A DNA stretch of 32,000 bases, from the NCBI GenBank assembly GCA_030445695.1, contig JASUTF010000002.1, positions 1 through 32,000 of the forward strand. Reading direction: 5' to 3'. Of the stretch, positions 26,396 to 32,000 are shown piece by piece (the stretch's first letter is position 1; each line of letters opens with the position of its first letter). The translations under genes were made by a program, and so were the position numbers. The stretch comes from Candidatus Iainarchaeum sp. (lineage in GTDB: Archaea; Iainarchaeota; Iainarchaeia; JAADDC01). The notes under the pieces were generated by a model. That model was not told where the DNA came from, did not search any database, and was given only the letters and a program-made list of their open reading frames with translations.

Positions 26396-27127
26396 ATGGA
26401 CTTCAGCTTTGACGTGCCACAGGAGAAGGACCCGAAGAAGGAAGCACTGCTAAAATACTCAAAAATCGTGTTCATCGGCTGCTCGAGGAACGAAGAAAAA
26501 GATGCACACACCGTCCCAAAGTTCATGAAGGAGCACGGGTACGAGATCGCCTGCGTTAACCCCTTCGCAGAAGAGAACATTCTCGACGCGCCCACGTTCA
26601 AAGATATTGCAGACGTTCCAGACGAGTTCCTGGAAATCATCGATGTATTCCGCCCCTCTGAGGAGATACCGAAGATAGTGGACAGAATCATAGAAACGGG
26701 CAAGATTCCGAAGGTATTCTGGATGCAGGACGGGATAAGAAGTGAATACGCCCGCCAGAAACTCGAGCCATTGGGAGTCACGGTCATCGAGGACTCCTGC
26801 ATCATGCGCAAGCATATGGAGTTGTTCGTGAGCAAAGACCCCGTTTATGAGGCGATTCTGCGGTTTGCACGTACATATGCGAAGGCACAGGGCTTTGTTC
26901 TGAATCCAGACCCCGAGAAATTGGACGAAGTTATCTCAGGCCTTGCATACAACCAGAAGACGTATGGCTTCCGCTACTGTCCCTGCCGACCGATTACTGG
27001 AGATCTGGAGGAAGACAGAAAGAAGATCTGCCCGTGCTTCTGTCACCGCGACGAGATAAAACGCGACGGCCACTGCCACTGTGGCTTGTTCTGGGATCCG
27101 GAAGCTGCAAAGAGGTTGCAGAAGTAA
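26396..27127 (+). CDS. Fusion of CoA-binding (Rossmann) domain and ferredoxin:thioredoxin reductase catalytic domain
   Basis: N-term [41 protein letters not shown]...[15 protein letters not shown]...KVFWMQDGI; C-term [39 protein letters not shown]. Confidence 0.88.
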   Translation: MDFSFDVPQEKDPKKEALLKYSKIVFIGCSRNEEKDAHTVPKFMKEHGYEIACVNPFAEENILDAPTFKDIADVPDEFLEIIDVFRPSEEIPKIVDRIIETGKIPKVFWMQDGIRSEYARQKLEPLGVTVIEDSCIMRKHMELFVSKDPVYEAILRFARTYAKAQGFVLNPDPEKLDEVISGLAYNQKTYGFRYCPCRPITGDLEEDRKKICPCFCHRDEIKRDGHCHCGLFWDPEAAKRLQK

Positions 27128-27169
27128 ATATGCAGGGTCTGACTAACATTGTTAATTCTTTAAAGAACC

Positions 27170-27187
27170 TTTGCACAATTGTGCAAA
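27170..27187. promoter_or_regulatory. Perfect 18-bp palindrome TTTGCACAATTGTGCAAA, putative operator of glutamate dehydrogenase
   Basis: Lies between TATA-like CTTTAAAG (27159-27166) and the RBS/ATG at 27199-27211. Confidence 0.7.
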
Positions 27188-27210
27188 TATACAAACAAGG
27201 AGGTGGTCAG

Positions 27211-28437
27211 ATGGTATTTGAGCAGGGTATAAAGCGGTTGGAGCACACGGCAGAGAAGATAGGACTTGAGGACTGGATTCTGGAGGCACTGAAGCGTCCG
27301 AAACGTGTTGTTAAGGTCTCCTTCCCCGTCAAGATGGACAACGGAACCATAAAGACGTTCACGGGCTATCGCGTTCTCTACAACGACGCACGCGGCCCAG
27401 GCAAGGGTGGAATCCGCTATCACCCCAACGTGAACGAGGATGAGGTCACGGCACTGGCGTTCTGGATGACCATTAAGAACGCTGTAGTGGATCTGCCCTA
27501 CGGCGGTGCAAAGGGCGGAATTACTGTTAACCCCAAGGAACTATCGCCAACGGAACTCGAACGCCTCTCCCGCGCATACATAAGGGCAATAGCGGATGTC
27601 ATCGGCGACGAGAGGGACATCCCCGCACCTGACGTCTACACGAACCCCAAGATAATGGCGTGGATGGTGGACGAGTACGAGACCATCGTCCGCAAGCACG
27701 AGAACGGTGTGATAACGGGCAAGCCCCTCTCCATCGGCGGTTCCAAGGGAAGATTTACTGCAACGTCCTGGGGCGGATTCTTCGTCATGGAGGAGGCCTT
27801 GAAGACCTACGGCATCGACGGAAAGACCGTGGCAATCCAGGGTATAGGCAACGTGGGTGGTGGGCTGGCACAGATACTTTACGACAAGGGCTACAAGGTC
27901 GTGGCTATCTCCGACTCCAAGGGCGGCATATACAACCCGGACGGTCTGAACATTCCCGCAGTGATGGAGCACAAGAAGAAGACGGGCCGCGTCTCCGGAT
28001 TCCCAGGCGCAAAGGACATAACCAACGAAGAATTACTAGAATTGGACGTGGATGTTCTCGTCCCCGCAGCCATAGAGAATGTCATAACGAAGGAGAACGC
28101 GGACAGAATAAAGGCAAAGATTGTTCTGGAACTGGCAAACGGCCCGACAACCGCAGAGGCGGACGAGATACTCAAGAAGAAGGGCATCGTCGTCGTCCCA
28201 GACGTCCTGGCCAACGCGGGCGGAGTGACTGTATCCTACTTCGAGTGGGTGCAGAACCGCATGGGCTTCTACTGGACGGAGGAAGAGGTGCTCGAACGCC
28301 TGAGGAACAAGATGGTCTCAGCGTTCCATGACGTCCACAAGAAAGCAGAAGAGCTCGACGACGATTTGAGAACAGGAGCCTACGCAGTGGCTGTGGAAAG
28401 GGTTGCGGAGGCCATGCGCGACCGCTACGGCCACTGA
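27211..28437 (+). CDS. gdhA: Glutamate dehydrogenase
   Basis: [71 protein letters not shown]; RBS GGAGGTG at 27199. Confidence 0.95.
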   Translation: MVFEQGIKRLEHTAEKIGLEDWILEALKRPKRVVKVSFPVKMDNGTIKTFTGYRVLYNDARGPGKGGIRYHPNVNEDEVTALAFWMTIKNAVVDLPYGGAKGGITVNPKELSPTELERLSRAYIRAIADVIGDERDIPAPDVYTNPKIMAWMVDEYETIVRKHENGVITGKPLSIGGSKGRFTATSWGGFFVMEEALKTYGIDGKTVAIQGIGNVGGGLAQILYDKGYKVVAISDSKGGIYNPDGLNIPAVMEHKKKTGRVSGFPGAKDITNEELLELDVDVLVPAAIENVITKENADRIKAKIVLELANGPTTAEADEILKKKGIVVVPDVLANAGGVTVSYFEWVQNRMGFYWTEEEVLERLRNKMVSAFHDVHKKAEELDDDLRTGAYAVAVERVAEAMRDRYGH

Positions 28438-29483
28438 ACCCATTCTTCAACCTCTTCTTTGCATGCATTGAATTCTACCCTCTCGTCACACGGGCAGTAG
28501 AACGGGATGAAATCGTCCGAAGAGTGCCAGTAGATCGTGCCGGAATAGCACTCACAGTTTATAGAAGAAGAACCCAATTCAATTAAGGGCGATTCTGCGT
28601 TACTGCAGATGTATGAATAACTGTCTACCACGAGTGTCACATTCGAGAAGTTAGCGTAAATCGCAGGTCCCAAAGTGGGCCGGAGAATCCGGATTCGTTT
28701 CAGCATAATGCCATCTGAAAAACTAATGACAAGCGGTGCTGCAGCGTCAGCCCAGAAGTCCTCTCCATTCTTCGTCATTTGCTTATCAAGATACGCGATG
28801 GATACGCCGTCTAGCCGGCAGGAATCAGAATTGTACAAAACAACTCCAGATCCCGTAGGGTCTGTCGGTACTGCTACCTCGTGAAGAGTAACGTCGTAAG
28901 AGTTCTCTATGCGTATGGCAGACCCGCCATAACCATGAAATCCGACCACAAGGTTGTGTAGAACGACGCGTGAGACACCATCCAAATGAATGGAGCTTGC
29001 CCAGCCAGCATAATCCCACACCTGAACATTAATGTCCTCCAAAGACACACCAGTGGACGAGTTTATCTCAATTGCCGGTGAACTGTTCGGGTTGAAATGC
29101 GTTGCATATATAAAGTGTCCGTTTCCGTCAAAGACAATCCACCGTTTATACGGTACGCGCAACCCCGATACTTTAATGCAAGAGCCGTTCTGTCTACCAA
29201 TATCCCGCGTTAAAGTAACATAGACGTTGATACCCATCGCATTAGCAATTCTATTGGCCTCCAGAAGAGCGTTGACGCACGATTCGCAAGAGTTACATTC
29301 AAGATGGCCTATATTTTGAATGTTAGGGTGTTGGGATCCGTGTTCTTTCGCGCTCCTGGGCTGGATGTTCACTAATGTAGAATCGACGCGCACCAGCGTA
29401 TTTGAAAACTGAACAATCGCCACAACAACAACTAATAGAATCAAAAAGATTACAGCAAGTTCCTGTAGCTTTGGGCGATACAT
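28425..29483 (-). CDS. Exported or membrane-anchored protein with probable right-handed beta-helix repeats
   Basis: N-terminal [20 protein letters not shown]; repeated pattern [17 protein letters not shown] / [18 protein letters not shown] / [17 protein letters not shown] / [17 protein letters not shown]. Confidence 0.65.
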   Translation of the reverse strand: MYRPKLQELAVIFLILLVVVVAIVQFSNTLVRVDSTLVNIQPRSAKEHGSQHPNIQNIGHLECNSCESCVNALLEANRIANAMGINVYVTLTRDIGRQNGSCIKVSGLRVPYKRWIVFDGNGHFIYATHFNPNSSPAIEINSSTGVSLEDINVQVWDYAGWASSIHLDGVSRVVLHNLVVGFHGYGGSAIRIENSYDVTLHEVAVPTDPTGSGVVLYNSDSCRLDGVSIAYLDKQMTKNGEDFWADAAAPLVISFSDGIMLKRIRILRPTLGPAIYANFSNVTLVVDSYSYICSNAESPLIELGSSSINCECYSGTIYWHSSDDFIPFYCPCDERVEFNACKEEVEEWVQWP

Positions 29484-29502
29484 CGAGATATATAATGCCT
29501 CG

Positions 29503-29814
29503 CTACTTTATTATTCCTGGCGTCGGTTTTTCAGCGCTCAGAGTTTTCTCTGCCAGTTCAAGAATTCTGCGGACAGCATCAACGTCGTTCACGTAGACGA
29601 TTATCTTCCTGCCCTCACGACGAGAAGTGACTATCCCGGCATCCTCAAGAACCTTTATGTGACGCCAGGCGGTAGAAACGTCCTTTCCTATACACGCAGC
29701 AACGTCCTGAGCACATTTGGGGTCGGATATTATTTCGTAGAGTATGCGCAACCGTGATTCGCTGGCAAGAGCACGGAAAAAGCGGGCAAGACGTGTTAGA
29801 TCGTGATAATTCAT
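29503..29814 (-). CDS. Small ArsR-like winged-helix regulator (103 aa)
   Basis: LARFFRALASESRLRILYEIISDPKCAQDVAACIGKDVSTAWRHIKVLEDAGIVTSRREGRKIIVYV. ATG at 29814 preferred to the TTG at 29832. Confidence 0.82.
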   Translation of the reverse strand: MNYHDLTRLARFFRALASESRLRILYEIISDPKCAQDVAACIGKDVSTAWRHIKVLEDAGIVTSRREGRKIIVYVNDVDAVRRILELAEKTLSAEKPTPGIIK

Positions 29815-29815
29815 A

Positions 29816-29833
29816 TTTGCATAGTTATGCAAA
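29816..29833. promoter_or_regulatory. Near-perfect 18-bp palindrome TTTGCATAGTTATGCAAA, putative operator of the ArsR-like gene and divergent PDO gene
   Basis: 8-bp half sites TTTGCATA/TATGCAAA; ends 2 nt before the regulator ATG and abuts the CTTTAAAAAC box facing the PDO gene. Confidence 0.7.
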
Positions 29834-29896
29834 CATCTTTAAAAACAACGATTCCATTTAACAGGGTTAAAGTTCCGATTATCGAGGTGAGAAATT

Positions 29897-30574
29897 ATGG
29901 TTTTGAGTGACAAAGACAAAGAGGGTGTTAAGAAGCTCCTCGAGCCGGTTCAGAGGGACGTGAAGATCCTGTTCTTCAGGGACGACTCTTCGCGTTGCCA
30001 GTACTGCGATGTTATAGAGGAACTGCTCGAAGATATTCATTCTGTCAACGAGCACGTCATCTACGAGGTTCTGGACGCGAACAGCGACAAGGCAAAGGAA
30101 TACGGCATTGAGGGTGGCCCCGTCCTCCTCTTTGAGGAGAGGCCGAACATCCGCTACAGGGGAATTCCTTCAGGTCACGAGTTCCCAGCATTCCTTGATG
30201 ACATCGTTACAATCGCAAAGGGATCCGTGGATCTGAATGCAAACGCCGCGAAGAAGATCGCAAGGATACAGGAGCCGCTCCACGTGCTGATCTTCGTCAC
30301 ACCGACCTGTCCATACTGTCCACTGGCAGTTAGGGCTGCACACCACTTCGCATACGCCAACGACAAGATACTGGCAGAGATGGTAGAGGCCATTGAGTGG
30401 AGTGACCTGGCAGACCAGTACCGCGTCTCCGCGGTGCCCAAGATCGTTGTGCTCGACCCCGAAACGGGCAACGAACTGCTGGAGTGGGAAGGTGCCGTCC
30501 CTGAGGAAGTGTTCGCAGACTACCTGCTCCATGCGCTTGAGCACAAGCACGGGGCCCACGACCATCACCACTGA
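29897..30574 (+). CDS. Glutaredoxin-like protein disulfide oxidoreductase (PDO), two thioredoxin folds
   Basis: SSRCQYCDVIEELLEDI and TPTCPYCPLAVRAAHHF; VSAVPKIVVLD cis-Pro; His-rich C-terminus HKHGAHDHHH. RBS GAGGTGA. Confidence 0.92.
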   Translation: MVLSDKDKEGVKKLLEPVQRDVKILFFRDDSSRCQYCDVIEELLEDIHSVNEHVIYEVLDANSDKAKEYGIEGGPVLLFEERPNIRYRGIPSGHEFPAFLDDIVTIAKGSVDLNANAAKKIARIQEPLHVLIFVTPTCPYCPLAVRAAHHFAYANDKILAEMVEAIEWSDLADQYRVSAVPKIVVLDPETGNELLEWEGAVPEEVFADYLLHALEHKHGAHDHHH

Positions 30575-30586
30575 GGAGGTGGTGGC

Positions 30587-31576
30587 ATGCCGTCCCCCTT
30601 CTCTTTTTCCCTCGAATCACCGGTGCTATCGAAGGCAGAGCTGAAGCCGGAATATGACGTGGTCATCGTCGGCGGAGGACCTGCAGGCCTCGCAACAGCC
30701 ATCTACGCAGCCCGTGCCATGCTCCGAACCGCTGTAATCTCCAAGGATTTTGGAGGGCAGGTTTTAGACGCACACTCCGTGGAGAACTATCCCGGATTCA
30801 TCAAAACAACGGGGCAGGAACTCATGAACGCGTTCAAAGAACACGCGGAGCATTTCGGTGCTGAACTCATTCAAGCAACGGTAAAGGACATCTGGAGGGA
30901 AGGCGATCACTTCGTCGTCGACACAGACAGAGGAAGCACAAAGGCACCGGCCATCATATACGCAACGGGCTCAACGCACAGGAAACTGGGCGTTCCGGGC
31001 GAGGAAGAGTTCCTCGGGAAGGGGGTTTCTTACTGTGCCATCTGCGACGCCGCTCTGTTTCAGGGTAAGGTCGTTGCTGTCGTTGGCGGGGGCAACATGG
31101 CGTTCATGGACGCAGACCTGCTCACTCAGCACGCCTCCAAAGTTTATATCATCCACCGTCGCAACGAGTTCCGTGCAGAGCCCCTCTGGGTTGAACGCCT
31201 GAAGAAGAACCCGAAGGTGGAGTTCATAACGCCCTACGTTGTCGAGCGCATCGAGGGCACAGACAAGGTCGAGAAGCTCATCATAAAGAACAGAGAGACG
31301 GGAGAGACGAAGGAACTGCCCGTAGACGGTGTGTTCATCGACATCGGCATGATCCCGCAGACAGAACTGGCAAAAAGGGTCGGTGTGGAACTGAACGAGC
31401 GTGGATACATCATAGTCAGGGAAGACCAGAGCACAAACGTTTCGGGCTTCTTCGCGGCGGGAGACGTGACCACGGGCATGAACGGCGTGCATCAGATCGT
31501 CACCGCAGCGGCGAAGGGAGCCATAGCAGCTCTGTCCGCCTACGACTACCTGAAGGGCAAAGGCTTCGTGAAGTAA
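30587..31576 (+). CDS. trxB: Thioredoxin reductase
   Basis: YDVVIVGGGPAGLATAIYAARA, YCAICDAALF active site, VVGGGNMAFMDADLL, GFFAAGDVTTGMNGVHQIVTAAAKGAIAA; RBS GGAGGT 6 nt before ATG. Confidence 0.93.
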   Translation: MPSPFSFSLESPVLSKAELKPEYDVVIVGGGPAGLATAIYAARAMLRTAVISKDFGGQVLDAHSVENYPGFIKTTGQELMNAFKEHAEHFGAELIQATVKDIWREGDHFVVDTDRGSTKAPAIIYATGSTHRKLGVPGEEEFLGKGVSYCAICDAALFQGKVVAVVGGGNMAFMDADLLTQHASKVYIIHRRNEFRAEPLWVERLKKNPKVEFITPYVVERIEGTDKVEKLIIKNRETGETKELPVDGVFIDIGMIPQTELAKRVGVELNERGYIIVREDQSTNVSGFFAAGDVTTGMNGVHQIVTAAAKGAIAALSAYDYLKGKGFVK

Positions 31577-31609
31577 ACCCTTTTATTGTTCGTCACTCTT
31601 CTCTTTCTC

Positions 31610-32000
31610 GTGCCAGAAAAGAAAAAGTTCCGCTACTCACTTAAACGGCCTGAAGACGTTGCAGGAGAAGCATACTTGCGGTCACTGACCGGCAATGAGG
31701 CATCAGAAATATCCAGAAGTATGAGGGGAACAGGACTTCAGAACAACCCAAAGCTGTGGGGTACCAAACTAAGGAGAAACGCGAGATTCGCGGCGGTTCC
31801 CAAGAACGTGGAGGAAATACGCAGAATTCTTGGAATAGGAGACGAGCATACTGTGATTGTAGCGCCAGTATACTCCGGAGAGTGGAGCAAAATGCACCCA
31901 AATGCCGTAGGAATCGATTTCTCCGAGGAAGCCCTTAAAAGACACCACAATGAACACAGAGTCCTGGCAGATCTCCGGAACATTCCGCTCCCGGATAGTT
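31610..32000 (+). CDS. Partial protein, possibly methyltransferase-like, runs off the window end
   Basis: GTG start; VPEKKKFRYSLKRPEDVAGEAYLRSLTGNEASEISRSMRGTGLQNNPKLW...AVGIDFSEEALKRHHNEHRVLADLRNIPLPDS resembles a Rossmann 'GIDFSEEAL' strand. Confidence 0.55.
   Translation, partial: MPEKKKFRYSLKRPEDVAGEAYLRSLTGNEASEISRSMRGTGLQNNPKLWGTKLRRNARFAAVPKNVEEIRRILGIGDEHTVIVAPVYSGEWSKMHPNAVGIDFSEEALKRHHNEHRVLADLRNIPLPDS

Noticed and set aside
26871-26892. TTTGCACGTACATATGCGAA as a third copy of the TTTGCAYA palindrome
   Set aside because: Inside the FTR fusion coding region, with imperfect right half and different spacing.
27034-27210. N-terminal extension of glutamate dehydrogenase in the ORF track
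   Set aside because: Overlaps the FTR fusion gene and crosses the TATA box and palindrome; the RBS at 27199 supports ATG 27211.
27660-28331. 223-aa plus-strand [23 protein letters not shown]...
   Set aside because: Alternate frame inside the clearly coding glutamate dehydrogenase gene; Arg/Gly-rich composition typical of a shadow frame.
1-32000. CRISPR arrays, rRNA genes, transposases or phage genes
   Set aside because: No regularly spaced repeats, rRNA-like blocks or recognisable mobile-element proteins were seen on either strand.

Overview
This window appears to be archaeal chromosomal DNA. Evidence: archaeal-type methionine adenosyltransferase, type II methionine aminopeptidase, TATA-box promoters about 25 nt ahead of apparently leaderless start codons, tRNA genes without encoded CCA, and an archaeal-type FTR catalytic domain. 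It is densely coded with many 4-nt gene overlaps. Two regions stand out. (1) A minus-strand cluster, plsY-like / plsY-like / fakA-like (DAK2) / degV(fakB)-like, sits between an aspartyl/asparaginyl-tRNA synthetase and gatC-gatA; a second DegV gene lies near 14 kb. It looks like a bacterial-type fatty-acid phosphorylation and glycerol-3-phosphate acylation module in an archaeon. The FakA-like protein lacks the usual C-terminal domain, and the two PlsY paralogs have lost different conserved motifs. (2) A thiol-redox region at 22.2-31.6 kb encodes a CcdA-like membrane protein, a membrane-anchored CPHC thioredoxin-fold protein, a CoA-binding-domain/FTR catalytic domain fusion, glutamate dehydrogenase, a small ArsR-like regulator, a two-domain glutaredoxin-like protein (PDO) and thioredoxin reductase. 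An 18-bp palindrome, TTTGCAYA-NN-TRTGCAAA, occurs at the same position after the TATA box in front of both the glutamate dehydrogenase and the ArsR-like gene, the latter shared with the divergent PDO promoter. Other observations: a frameshifted ORF at 10.9 kb, an internally deleted APC permease remnant, a 15-nt duplicate of a tRNA 5' end in a hairpin-rich leader, three DHH-family proteins, an XapX-like small ORF, tRNA-Thr(GGT) and tRNA-Gly(TCC). No rRNA, CRISPR array or transposase was seen. All calls come from reading motifs; no database search was run.
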